Virus record (IMG/VR): IMGVR_UViG_3300024324_000019
DNA from: an uncultured virus (IMG/VR IMGVR_UViG_3300024324_000019)
Taxonomy: Duplodnaviria; Heunggongvirae; Uroviricota; Caudoviricetes
DNA length: 64,000 nucleotides
Strand: one strand, 5' to 3'
This document shows positions 37,277-47,120 of the stretch, piece by piece (positions within the stretch are counted from its first letter, which is position 1; every line of letters begins with the position of its first letter). A program made the translations under genes and the position numbers. The notes below the pieces were generated by a model. It had not been told where the DNA came from. It worked only from the letters and a program-made list of their open reading frames with translations, and ran no database searches.

Positions 37277-38567
37277 GAATGGACAGACGCAGCCAGGTTC
37301 GGTAAGTCTTAAAAAACTCACCATTGTCTCTGTTAAAGGAGAACGCATTCACCTTGACAACATCAAGGCGGAATTGAACATCATTGAAGACTTAGCCAAT
37401 CCATATGTACATGGCAACGTGGTCCTCGATGACGCAGAGAACCTGATCGCAGAACTACCTATCACGGGTCAGGAAGACCTTGAAGTGATGTACCATATGC
37501 CTGGGGAGCCTGATACCAAGATAGAAAAGACATTCCGAGTCTATAAAATCAGTGACCTCATGACGGGTGACACCAATAAATCTCGTAAGTACATTCTGCA
37601 CTTCACTGGTAAAGAAGCATTCAAGAGCCAACAGAAGTCTATTCAACAAGGATTCGTCGGTAGAACCATTAGCGATATCGTACAGATCATCTATGATAGC
37701 CACATCAAGGTCGATAAAGAGATTGAGATAGAAGCAACAGCGGGCGTTCAGAATCTGATTATCCCTAACCTATCTCCCGGTGAGACATTAGGATGGCTTG
37801 CCTCAAGAGCATATTCAGCCGAGCACCCATCAAGCAACTACATGTTTTGGGAAGACCACGACAAATTCAATTTCAAGACCATCGACAAGCATATTGCAGA
37901 GGGTAAGAAACAAACCTATAAGTACGCCCCGCAGAATGCCCAAGATGACAAAGAGAAAATTGATACAGGTAAAACGTACATTGTTGAGAAATTCAGAATA
38001 GAGAAATCTATTGACACACTCGGTAACATTAACGGTGGCATGTACCAGTCAGGCCTGCTAACCCATGATATCGTGCGGAAGACCTACAAGAAATACGAAT
38101 TCGATTACGAGAAAGATTTCGCCGATACGGTCAGACGGTCAAAGCACCTTATGCCAACACCTATGCACCAGACGCAAGACGAATTCATTACAGGTGCATC
38201 TACTGAATACCTGATACCTACGTCGTATCGTCGTGGTGAATTATCTGATTACGCTGCAACAGACGTATTCACCAAGTCGGCTATGATAGAAACATTCCTA
38301 CAGAAGCGCGACTCGACCTATGCGCGGTTCAATAACTTTGTCGCCTCAGTAGAGATACCTGGTGATTCAGAGAGAATGCCTGGGGATGTAATTGAGATAG
38401 AACTACCCGACCCATCTGGTGTTGCTGTAGAAGACCCTAAATACGCGACAGATAAATACTACACAGGCAAGTTCTTGGTAACTCAAGTACGACATAAAAT
38501 CACAGGTAATGTAATGACCACATCCATGCAGGTTATCAAAGAATCACTAAACGAGGAAATCAAATAA
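37269..38567 (+). CDS. Baseplate hub protein (gp27-like)
   Basis: LPI.G.E, Y.F.E....F.F, PGD....GD.I....P, GK.L.T...H; between gp53 and gp5. Confidence 0.7.
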   Translation: MPENGQTQPGSVSLKKLTIVSVKGERIHLDNIKAELNIIEDLANPYVHGNVVLDDAENLIAELPITGQEDLEVMYHMPGEPDTKIEKTFRVYKISDLMTGDTNKSRKYILHFTGKEAFKSQQKSIQQGFVGRTISDIVQIIYDSHIKVDKEIEIEATAGVQNLIIPNLSPGETLGWLASRAYSAEHPSSNYMFWEDHDKFNFKTIDKHIAEGKKQTYKYAPQNAQDDKEKIDTGKTYIVEKFRIEKSIDTLGNINGGMYQSGLLTHDIVRKTYKKYEFDYEKDFADTVRRSKHLMPTPMHQTQDEFITGASTEYLIPTSYRRGELSDYAATDVFTKSAMIETFLQKRDSTYARFNNFVASVEIPGDSERMPGDVIEIELPDPSGVAVEDPKYATDKYYTGKFLVTQVRHKITGNVMTTSMQVIKESLNEEIK

Positions 38568-39673
38568 TGTTATCTTTCTCTGAAAAACAACACCTTGAAA
38601 TCTTTGAGGAGCAACAGCACCTTGAGGAAAAACTAATCCTGTTCAACCAGGGTAAGAAAGATGGTCAGATTGTCTTCATGGCAGGAGGAGCGGGTTCTGG
38701 TAAGGGATTTGCCATCAAAAACTTCCTGGACAGCGACAAATTCAAGATCCGCGACGTTGATGCATGGAAGGTGGCTTTTATGCACCTTGACAAGATACGC
38801 AGAGCAGGCCCTAAACAAGCCCGTAACGTCGGTGGTAAATTCAGTTCAAGAGATAAACAGAGAGGTTTCTCCCAAGAAGCACAGGGAACCAATCTATCTA
38901 ACCTCGATCTCAAGAATGGTAAAGACGTTTTCAAGTTGCACCAAGCTATCAAGAAGATGGACATTGAAGACAAGACCCTGAACCTACTGATGAAAGACAT
39001 GCAACCAACACACAAGCCTAACATCCTGTTCGACATTACTGCCAAGAGCCGTGGTGATATCAAGGCCGTTGCAGAGCATATGATAGAAATGGGTTACGAA
39101 CCTAAGAACATCCATGTGGTCTGGGTACTAACCAACTATTCTGTTGCTGTAAACAACAACGCAGGTCGTGACCGTGTGGTGCCCGCCCATATCCTGTTGC
39201 AGACACATGAGGGTGCAATGCGCTCTATGTTGAACATTGTCACAGGTGGTAAACTACCAGGTGGTGCAGATGGTCGCTTTGATATCGTCTTGAACAACAG
39301 AGAAAACACCATCTTTCATACCAATGAAAAGGGTGAAGCACTTACTGGTTCTGATAAGATTGAAAAGACCGTGAAGAAATACGTTGGTACACCTAAGCAG
39401 GTTGCTGACTTACGCAAAGCATTAAGCCCTGTGGTCATCAAATCGTTTTCTTCTATTCAATTGAAGCGCGAGGGTAAGCCAATGGGTGACCTCAAGACCG
39501 CACTACAAGCCGGTCTGTTTAGTTGGATATCAGCCAACGTACCTAGTTCGGCTATGACGGGTGTTGGTATTGATGCAGACCAGGACCGTCGTAACAAAGG
39601 ACTTAGTAAAGAAGACTCTGTGGCTGCTAGTAAAGCAAGACGTTTCGACTTCAGTAAATTTAAGAAAGCCTAA
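38567..39673 (+). CDS. P-loop kinase (zeta-toxin/AAA_33-like)
   Basis: Walker A GGAGSGK, DVD, ILFDIT, N..R.R.VP. Confidence 0.75.
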   Translation: MLSFSEKQHLEIFEEQQHLEEKLILFNQGKKDGQIVFMAGGAGSGKGFAIKNFLDSDKFKIRDVDAWKVAFMHLDKIRRAGPKQARNVGGKFSSRDKQRGFSQEAQGTNLSNLDLKNGKDVFKLHQAIKKMDIEDKTLNLLMKDMQPTHKPNILFDITAKSRGDIKAVAEHMIEMGYEPKNIHVVWVLTNYSVAVNNNAGRDRVVPAHILLQTHEGAMRSMLNIVTGGKLPGGADGRFDIVLNNRENTIFHTNEKGEALTGSDKIEKTVKKYVGTPKQVADLRKALSPVVIKSFSSIQLKREGKPMGDLKTALQAGLFSWISANVPSSAMTGVGIDADQDRRNKGLSKEDSVAASKARRFDFSKFKKA

Positions 39674-39675
39674 TT

Positions 39676-40968
39676 ATGAACTTTATGGGAAAAGGGGCCT
39701 TCGTATGGTTTCAGGGTGTTGTGGAAGATCGCAACGACCCATTGAAGCTTGGTCGCTTACGTGTACGCTGTCTTGGTTGGCATACTGACGACAAGAGTTT
39801 GATTCCTACAGAAGCACTTCCTTGGGCACACCCCATGGCACCTATCACCTCGGCTAGTATAAGTGGAATAGGACAGACACCTCTTGGTCCTGTCGAGGGT
39901 ACATGGGTCATTGGATTCTTTCGTGATGGAGAGAACGCACAAGAACCCGTAATCATGGGTACTATCGGAGGTATTCCAGACGTACCAGAAGGTGGTAAAG
40001 GATTCTCTGATCCCGCTGGTGTATACCCAAAATTCTTTGACGTACCAGACACAAATGAACTCGCAAGAACAACAGAGGGTGAGGGTGCACCGTCACTCTT
40101 TCAAAAACGCCAGGACAAAATAGGTGATGTTCCGATTGCAAGAGCACCTAAGAACCTGCTTATGTCACCCGCGATTCCAGACGCAAAGACAGACAAAACG
40201 ACATGGAGTGAGCCTAACCCACGTTATGGTGGTCAAGAGGAAGGTGAATACGTCGCTACGGTTCAAAGTTCATACCCATATAATCATGTACGAATGAGTG
40301 AGGCTGGCATGGTTGAGGAATGGGATGATACACCTGGCGCCAATCGAACACATAGCTACCATCCTTCCGGTACGTTTGAGGAAATACAACACACAGGCGA
40401 TAAGATCACCAAAGTAACAGGTGATGATTTCGAACTATTCATCAAAGATAAGAGCGTTTATATTGGTGGTACGTGTAGCGTTACTATAAAAGGTGATAGC
40501 AAGTTGTACGTCCAAGGTGACCATTACTTAGAGGTTGATGGTAATTACTACGAAACTGTGCGAAAAGATAAGGTCATTACTATCGGTGGTTCAGAGGTCA
40601 CCGAGATTGTTGCTAACAGGGTGAGTAATGTCAACAAGGACCAGAAAGAACGTGTTGGCCAGAACAAAACTGAAACGACCATTGGTTCATTTTCTGAACA
40701 AGTAGGATTGACACACTTTGAAAAAATTATCGGGAACAATACCATCATTAATGTTCTTGCGTTTAAACAGACTAGCGGGCTAGATACGGTCTTTGCCGCA
40801 GCGAGTACAATGGACCTCGGCGCAGGAACAGATTTCTCTGCTGGCGGTGGCGCAACGGTATCGTTCAAGTCAATAACAGGTATGAATGTAACAGCCGGAA
40901 CAACAATGAACACAACATCCGGTGGCGTTATGGGAATAACCGGAAGTCAGGTAAGAATTAATGAGTAG
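39676..40968 (+). CDS. 5: Baseplate central spike gp5 (no lysozyme domain seen)
   Basis: WF.GVVEDR.DP..LGR.RVR..G.H, LPWA, YPYNHV..SE.G...E.DDTPG, V.G beta-helix repeats. Confidence 0.93.
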   Translation: MNFMGKGAFVWFQGVVEDRNDPLKLGRLRVRCLGWHTDDKSLIPTEALPWAHPMAPITSASISGIGQTPLGPVEGTWVIGFFRDGENAQEPVIMGTIGGIPDVPEGGKGFSDPAGVYPKFFDVPDTNELARTTEGEGAPSLFQKRQDKIGDVPIARAPKNLLMSPAIPDAKTDKTTWSEPNPRYGGQEEGEYVATVQSSYPYNHVRMSEAGMVEEWDDTPGANRTHSYHPSGTFEEIQHTGDKITKVTGDDFELFIKDKSVYIGGTCSVTIKGDSKLYVQGDHYLEVDGNYYETVRKDKVITIGGSEVTEIVANRVSNVNKDQKERVGQNKTETTIGSFSEQVGLTHFEKIIGNNTIINVLAFKQTSGLDTVFAAASTMDLGAGTDFSAGGGATVSFKSITGMNVTAGTTMNTTSGGVMGITGSQVRINE

Positions 40969-41875
40969 TGCATGCCCAACCGACCTTCTTGATGCCGCAA
41001 CGGACCTTATTGATGAGGGGATGACAGCCCTATCAGATCAATTAGGTACTCTGACCCAGGGCGCAGGAGGTATAACCGATTCGTTATCTACTCTGGCTGC
41101 GGATATGACCGCATCTATTAGCACGATAACCGATAGTCTTACAGCCCTGATACCCGAACTACCCGCTATACCAGAGATACCCGAGATTCCAACCAGTTAT
41201 CAGGATGAAATGGCTACCCTGCTGGGTCTTGTCACGTCGCCTGTTGCGTATGCAGCCAAGATGTTAGAAATGTCCGACACATTTGGTATTGACATATCTG
41301 AAATAACCAGTAGTATCACGGGTTTGTTAGCAGGTACTCTTGACATATGCAACGACATACCAGACATTGATGCATTCGCAGATGGCACACTTGAAGAAAA
41401 ATTCTCAGCCGCAGTAACGCCCCTTGAGGATGTGGCTGCTCTTGAGATACCAGTGATTCCGAAATCTCTATTTGAGATAACACCTATCTTACCTGATATC
41501 GCAGAGGTCAATCTAATTGATGCGGATATGATCTCGGCTTTCAATAAGCCACCTGTAATGCCTGTGTTTGCTGATCCCGTTGCGTCACCTTCATTGAAGA
41601 CCTTTAGTCCTATGTTTGCAAAGGATATCATATTCAGTAAAAAGGATATGGACGCAGCCGTAACTGATTACGTTCAATCCGGCTTCCTATCTGATAAAGC
41701 CGCAACAGATTCTTTCAATAAGAGTTTTGAATTCCGTAAGAAGGGCTTGCTGAATACCATGGATACCTTACAACAAAAGGGTGAGGATATTCAGGCAATG
41801 CAGGCTAAGTTGCTTGGATTAGAAGAAGGCTATGAGGTAGGACCAGCAGAGCCACCAGACGGCGCGGAGAGATAA
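40961..41875 (+). CDS. Acidic hypothetical protein between gp5 and PAAR
   Basis: ORF overlapping the gp5 stop, in operon. Confidence 0.65.
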   Translation: MSSACPTDLLDAATDLIDEGMTALSDQLGTLTQGAGGITDSLSTLAADMTASISTITDSLTALIPELPAIPEIPEIPTSYQDEMATLLGLVTSPVAYAAKMLEMSDTFGIDISEITSSITGLLAGTLDICNDIPDIDAFADGTLEEKFSAAVTPLEDVAALEIPVIPKSLFEITPILPDIAEVNLIDADMISAFNKPPVMPVFADPVASPSLKTFSPMFAKDIIFSKKDMDAAVTDYVQSGFLSDKAATDSFNKSFEFRKKGLLNTMDTLQQKGEDIQAMQAKLLGLEEGYEVGPAEPPDGAER

Positions 41876-41876
41876 C

Positions 41877-42143
41877 ATGACAGCAACCGGAGCAAGTAAA
41901 AACGACGATACCGCAGGTGGAGATATCATAGCCTCTGCAACTACAACGTATATCAATGGCGAACTGGCTGCACTAGATGGTGACGCTGTTGCTTCGCATG
42001 GTATAGGATTACATGCAGGACCAACAATGATAGCAGGATCGAATAATGTCTGGATAGAGGGAAAGAAGGCTGTCAATGCAGGTGACCTAGCTACATGTGG
42101 TCATGCAGCATCTGGATCAACCACTGTCTTTATTGGTAACTAA
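41877..42143 (+). CDS. PAAR spike-tip protein (gp5.4-like)
   Basis: ING..AA..GD...H....H, GS..V.I.G......GD..TCGH. Confidence 0.9.
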   Translation: MTATGASKNDDTAGGDIIASATTTYINGELAALDGDAVASHGIGLHAGPTMIAGSNNVWIEGKKAVNAGDLATCGHAASGSTTVFIGN

Positions 42144-42172
42144 ACTATGGTATTGAATAACCCTACATAGTG

Positions 42173-42201
42173 ATCATAACACTCTGTCAAGCACTTGTCA
42201 A
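42173..42201 (-). promoter_or_regulatory. Antisense sigma70-type promoter in the late module
   Basis: Minus strand TTGACA-agtgcttgacagagtgt(17)-TATGAT. Confidence 0.65.
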
Positions 42202-42223
42202 GTAAAAAACAAAAGAAAACTAT

Positions 42224-42231
42224 TATAAATA
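42224..42231 (+). promoter_or_regulatory. T4-type late promoter
   Basis: TATAAATA upstream of gp25. Confidence 0.8.
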
Positions 42232-42254
42232 CCAGTAGGAATTAAGGGAATAAG

Positions 42255-42650
42255 ATGCCGCTAACAACTGATATAGTCTTTTCGGACTTCACCACAGCCT
42301 TCACGGCTCACCCTACAAGTGGTGACCTCGTTCGACTGACGAATAACGACGCGGTTGTTAGATCCGTTAAGAATATCGTACTGACTCAATTCTATGAACG
42401 CCCTTTTCGGCCTAACCTTGGGTCGAATGTCACGCACTACCTATTTGAGAACTTTGACCAGGGAATCGCAGAAGACATATCGAACGCGATCAAAGAGGCT
42501 ATTGAGGACAACGAACCACGGGCCGAACTGCTAAACGTCCATGTATCCGAGGTTCCAGACGACAACAGACTTTCAGTGGCCATCATATTTCGCATAAAGA
42601 ACAACACAGCACCCACGACCGTCCAGGTCTTTTTGGAACGAGTAAGATGA
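42255..42650 (+). CDS. 25: Baseplate wedge protein gp25
   Basis: AV..SV.N...T...ERPF.P..GS.....LFE, EPR. Confidence 0.93.
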   Translation: MPLTTDIVFSDFTTAFTAHPTSGDLVRLTNNDAVVRSVKNIVLTQFYERPFRPNLGSNVTHYLFENFDQGIAEDISNAIKEAIEDNEPRAELLNVHVSEVPDDNRLSVAIIFRIKNNTAPTTVQVFLERVR

Positions 42651-43138
42651 TATATCATAACCACCATATTGTGCCACGCCATGCCGGCGGCACCGATGAA
42701 GCCAGTAATATAGTCGGGTGCGACATTATAGAACACGCCGAACACCATAAATACAGATATGATATGCTTGGAGAAGTCCAAGATTATATTGCATGGAAAG
42801 CCTTGACAGGTCAAATATCAGGCGCACAAGCAAATATAATGGCGACAAAGGCTGCTAACACTGGTAAGAAACAGAGTGCCCTAGCAAAACAACGACAAAT
42901 ATTAGCCCAAACAGGTCTACGTCGAACACAAAAACAACGAATCGCCTGTAGCGTAAGACAGGGTAAAGAATGGATAGTCACCACACCTGATGGTGAAGAA
43001 ACAACAGTAATAGACCTGAAGAAATATTGTATCGCCCATGGATTAGACCAAGGCAATATGATGAGAACTGTTTCGGGAAAATACAAACAGCACCAAGGCT
43101 TCACAGCCCGCAGAGGAACAAACAATGGCCACAGCTAA
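42647..43138 (+). CDS. HNH homing endonuclease
   Basis: HHIVPRHAGGTD...N......EHAEHH; inserted between gp25 and gp6. Confidence 0.85.
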   Translation: MIYHNHHIVPRHAGGTDEASNIVGCDIIEHAEHHKYRYDMLGEVQDYIAWKALTGQISGAQANIMATKAANTGKKQSALAKQRQILAQTGLRRTQKQRIACSVRQGKEWIVTTPDGEETTVIDLKKYCIAHGLDQGNMMRTVSGKYKQHQGFTARRGTNNGHS

Positions 43139-44915
43139 TTCAGCCCTACAAGTCACCGAACTGGATTTTGGTAATATTCGTGCGTCATTGAAGACCTTTA
43201 TGGCGGCACAATCGAATTTTGCTGACTATGATTTTGATGGTTCTAATATCAGTACCTTACTGGACATACTGGCTTACAATACACATTACAACGCTTATTA
43301 TACAAATATGGTCGCCAACGAGTCGTTCCTGAAGTCGGCCCAACTTCGTAACAACGTGATTGAAAGAGCGCAAGAATTAGGGTACACACCATCGTCAGCC
43401 GCCGGTGCTATTGCAGAAGTAACCATCACCATCGTACCTACTGATTCACCTGACAGTATCTCCATTCCTGTCAATACACAAATGACCACTGTGGTCGATG
43501 ACATAACACTGACCTTCACGACCTCATCAGGTACGTTGATAACTAAGAGTGGTGCAAACACCTATGTCGCAACGGGAGTGACGATAGCTGAAGGTTATCC
43601 ACTAACCCACACATATACCGTTGACACAGGTAGCCCTGTTGAATATGTCATACCGAATAAAAATGTCGATACGACTCGTATTGGCATAACAGTCAAGCCA
43701 TCTGCAGGTTCTTCTACAATCACAACATACACCCTTGCAGACGACATAACCCAACTTACAGGTGAGTCAACAGTCTATTTCCTTGAGGAGACAGACGACG
43801 AGCAATTCCGCATCTACTTCGGTGACGATATCCTCGGCGTATCTCTATCAGATGGTAATCAGGTCATCATTGACTACCACGTTTGTAACACCACACAGGG
43901 TAATGGAGCCTCCTCATTCACTAACCTCTCTGCCATTGCTGGTTATAGTGATGTGACGATTGCGACAACAACATCGGCTGCCGGTGGTCGAGAGTTAGAA
44001 ACTGTGGCTGCTGTTAAGTTTAATGCACCTCTGTACTACGAGAGACAGAACCGTGTGGTCACTCAAGGTGATTACGAGCGTGTTATCATGGCAGAGAACG
44101 CAGATTTCACCTCGGTCAACGTATGGGGTGGTGAAGATAATGACCCACCTATTTACGGCCGTGTGTATCTCGCAGTAAATCCCTCGGTAGGTACCATCAT
44201 TTCAGACACCCGTAAAGAAATCTTGGTAGCCTCACTGAAGACTCGCAATGTAATGAGTATTGACCCTATCGTGGTTGATGCTGAATTCCTCTATGTTATC
44301 CCGACTGTCGAGATAAGGTGGAACCCAGACTTGACAACAAAGAACGCAGGTACCATTGAGAGTGAAGTGGCTGCTTCGATTGCGACATATCAGACAGATA
44401 CCTTGGATGACTTCGGTAACAAGTTCAGGTTCTCTGCTTTCTCTACCGTCATTGATGCAACGGATAACTCTATTCGTGGTAACCTGTCTAGTGTGAAAAT
44501 GATGATGGAGATAACACCAACCGTGAGTGTGGCTACCTCATACACCATTCAGTTTAAGAACGCTATTCTACATACGGAAACTCATGATCCTCATACGGCT
44601 CATACTGGTGTTATTCAGTCTACGTCATTCACTTACCTTGGCTTCACCTCTTTTCTACAAGATGATGGTTCTGGTATTATTCAGATATACCGCTGGGATG
44701 GTGGTGATAAGGTCATTCTTGAGGCTGCTGCAGGTACTGTCAATTATGATACGGGTGCTGTATCTCTTGATGCTTTCAACCCTACGGCTGTAGGTAATTC
44801 AGGCATACTGGAAATTTCTATCACACCTACTGACAACGACATAACACCGACACTTGCTCAAATTATCAATATCAAAGACACAACCATAACCTCTGTTGAA
44901 GATCGTACCGTGTAA
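43125..44915 (+). CDS. 6: Baseplate wedge protein gp6
   Basis: ELDF..I...L, DYDF.GS..S.LLD.LAYNTHY, FGD...G, Q.R.VT..DY, WGGE...PP.YG.V. Confidence 0.95.
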   Translation: MATANSALQVTELDFGNIRASLKTFMAAQSNFADYDFDGSNISTLLDILAYNTHYNAYYTNMVANESFLKSAQLRNNVIERAQELGYTPSSAAGAIAEVTITIVPTDSPDSISIPVNTQMTTVVDDITLTFTTSSGTLITKSGANTYVATGVTIAEGYPLTHTYTVDTGSPVEYVIPNKNVDTTRIGITVKPSAGSSTITTYTLADDITQLTGESTVYFLEETDDEQFRIYFGDDILGVSLSDGNQVIIDYHVCNTTQGNGASSFTNLSAIAGYSDVTIATTTSAAGGRELETVAAVKFNAPLYYERQNRVVTQGDYERVIMAENADFTSVNVWGGEDNDPPIYGRVYLAVNPSVGTIISDTRKEILVASLKTRNVMSIDPIVVDAEFLYVIPTVEIRWNPDLTTKNAGTIESEVAASIATYQTDTLDDFGNKFRFSAFSTVIDATDNSIRGNLSSVKMMMEITPTVSVATSYTIQFKNAILHTETHDPHTAHTGVIQSTSFTYLGFTSFLQDDGSGIIQIYRWDGGDKVILEAAAGTVNYDTGAVSLDAFNPTAVGNSGILEISITPTDNDITPTLAQIINIKDTTITSVEDRTV

Positions 44916-44917
44916 CC

Positions 44918-46366
44918 ATGACGACTGTAAACAAGATATCAACGCTGGTTGAACAGCAATTTCCCGAATTCATTCGCACTGATGGTCCTATGTTCGTGGC
45001 TTTTATGGAAGCCTATTATGAATGGATGGAGCAAACGGGTAATGCTATTGACGCTAACCAGAACCTGTTGTCATACCACGACGTTGACAATACACTTGAT
45101 GCATATCTTGAATACTTTGAGGCTGACTTTCTACCCAACATACCTCGGTCGCACTTAGCCAACACACCTAACCTACTGAAGAATGTTTCATCTTTCTATC
45201 GTGCGAGGGGTTCTGAAAAATCTTTTGAACTTATGTTCCGCATTCTCTATGATGACAGCGTAGAATTCTATTACCCTGGTACTGACATACTCCGCGCTTC
45301 AGATGGTAAATGGACCATCAAGACCACACTGACCGCACTTGGTTACAATGGCTCTGATGAATTGTTCGCGGCTGAGGGTTTTCAGATAACAGGTGGTAGC
45401 TCAGGTGCTTCTGGTGTTGTTGAACAAGTATTGAAGACGTACAGCGCAGGTGCACCCACCTATACGTTCTATGTCTCGCCAAAACTTGGTACGTTCGTGG
45501 CCGAAGAAGTCGTTACATCTACCTCTGGACTGACCTTTGTTGTTGATGTTGTTAGTTCTTCTGATGGTTTGTTCGTGGGTACTGATGGCTTTCTATCATC
45601 TAACAAGTACCTACAGGATAACTACTATTACCAGGAATATTCATATGTTCTGAAAACGACACAGTATGTCGAACGCTACCGAGACATATTGCAGCGCATT
45701 GTCCACCCTTCAGGTACAGCGATGTTTGGGCAGATTGCCTTTATTGACGACCTTGACCTCTCGTCTACAACGACTCTGGAACTAACCAATAACCTTGAGC
45801 CAGAAATGGTTGCGATCTCAGACTTGATTGCGAACAACCTATTTGCTAACAGTGAAATTACAATCACGGTTGAAGCCGATACGTGGTCAACTCCTTATGA
45901 TGTACCTCAATATGGCGTAACAGAGACAACCAGCTCGTCAACGCTTACAGGAACCGTGACACCATCTGGTAACTCGACCATTGAATTCTATGAATCTGAC
46001 CTTATCTCATTGTACGCCAGTATTCCTATTAGTGAGATCGGTAACGGTTCGTCGTTCATCGGTACAGGTACTCTGTTCACAACAGAACTTGAAATCGGTG
46101 ACTTCATTATTGTTGTTGACCCAACAGAAACAAATCCAGACCAAGGCTTCCTTGTTGATGCTATCGGTGGCGATACCTTCATTGATGTAAACAACGTCTA
46201 TTCGGGTATTCTTGCGGCTGGTACAGTTCACAAACGCTCTGCTATATTGACCAATGAAAGCGCATTGGATTGGGGTTCTGTTGCTGTTGTGTCTACCCTG
46301 TCACTTGATTGGGGTTCACTGACACAAGCACCTATGGTCTACAATGATTATCGTGACTTATCGTGA
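44918..46366 (+). CDS. Baseplate wedge protein (gp7-like)
   Basis: QFPEF, F..F..AYY.W.E, FY...GSE.S....FR.LY, QD..YYQ.YSY, VHP.G...FG. Confidence 0.75.
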   Translation: MTTVNKISTLVEQQFPEFIRTDGPMFVAFMEAYYEWMEQTGNAIDANQNLLSYHDVDNTLDAYLEYFEADFLPNIPRSHLANTPNLLKNVSSFYRARGSEKSFELMFRILYDDSVEFYYPGTDILRASDGKWTIKTTLTALGYNGSDELFAAEGFQITGGSSGASGVVEQVLKTYSAGAPTYTFYVSPKLGTFVAEEVVTSTSGLTFVVDVVSSSDGLFVGTDGFLSSNKYLQDNYYYQEYSYVLKTTQYVERYRDILQRIVHPSGTAMFGQIAFIDDLDLSSTTTLELTNNLEPEMVAISDLIANNLFANSEITITVEADTWSTPYDVPQYGVTETTSSSTLTGTVTPSGNSTIEFYESDLISLYASIPISEIGNGSSFIGTGTLFTTELEIGDFIIVVDPTETNPDQGFLVDAIGGDTFIDVNNVYSGILAAGTVHKRSAILTNESALDWGSVAVVSTLSLDWGSLTQAPMVYNDYRDLS

Positions 46367-46488
46367 CTTACCTGGTGATACCCAGATTGATTGAAACTTG
46401 ATTACTCAGTCAATCACAGCGAACAGCGATTATGGCCTTATCGTTTCGGTTGTAACATCGAATTCATATTACGGTACAGTCTAAGACT

Positions 46489-46496
46489 TATAAATA
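46489..46496 (+). promoter_or_regulatory. T4-type late promoter
   Basis: TATAAATA; further copies at 46883, 48666, 49436 and 55818. Confidence 0.75.
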
Positions 46497-46524
46497 GAAG
46501 AAAGATATTCGGAGATAATATTCA

Positions 46525-46878
46525 ATGGCAACAGAGACAAAATTCAGACGCGGTACTACTGGACAGCATTCTACCTTTACAGGTGCATCTGGTGAAATTA
46601 CCGTTGATACAACGAAGATCACGGCTGTTGTTCATGACGGCGTGACCCTCGGTGGTGTGCCGTTACTCCGCGCTTCGGGTACTCAGAATATCGTGACGAC
46701 TGGTAATATCACAGGTGATATTGTTTTTGTCACCTCATATACAGTGGGTACAGTACCATCTGCGGCTGTTGCTGCGGGGTTGATATATGTCACCGACGAT
46801 GCCGGTGGTGCAACAATGGCTTTCTCTGATGGCACCAATTGGCGTCGGGTAAGTGATAGAACGATTGTAGCCGTATAA
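46525..46878 (+). CDS. Short fibre-like protein with Mtd N-terminal-like domain
   Basis: FRRGTT.QH..FTGA.GE.TVDT.....VHDG.T.GG. Confidence 0.75.
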   Translation: MATETKFRRGTTGQHSTFTGASGEITVDTTKITAVVHDGVTLGGVPLLRASGTQNIVTTGNITGDIVFVTSYTVGTVPSAAVAAGLIYVTDDAGGATMAFSDGTNWRRVSDRTIVAV

Positions 46879-46905
46879 CGCTTATAAATACAACGACCAA
46901 ACATT

Positions 46906-47109
46906 ATGAAAAGGAATCAATTGATGTTTACAGACGAACAACTAAAAAACACCGCAGTCTTTCTAGGTCGTGTTGACCTCAAGGGTGCAGAAGTACCAGC
47001 ATACGTTGACGTTTCCAACGCTATCAACAATGAATTGGCTAAGCGCGGGTCAACCGAAACACAGACAGAAGAAACAGGCACAGACAGTCCTGAATTGCTA
47101 AACGAATAA
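46906..47109 (+). CDS. Small hypothetical late protein
   Basis: FL.RVDLKG.EVPA; after late promoter. Confidence 0.6.
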   Translation: MKRNQLMFTDEQLKNTAVFLGRVDLKGAEVPAYVDVSNAINNELAKRGSTETQTEETGTDSPELLNE

Positions 47110-47120
47110 GGTAACAAACC

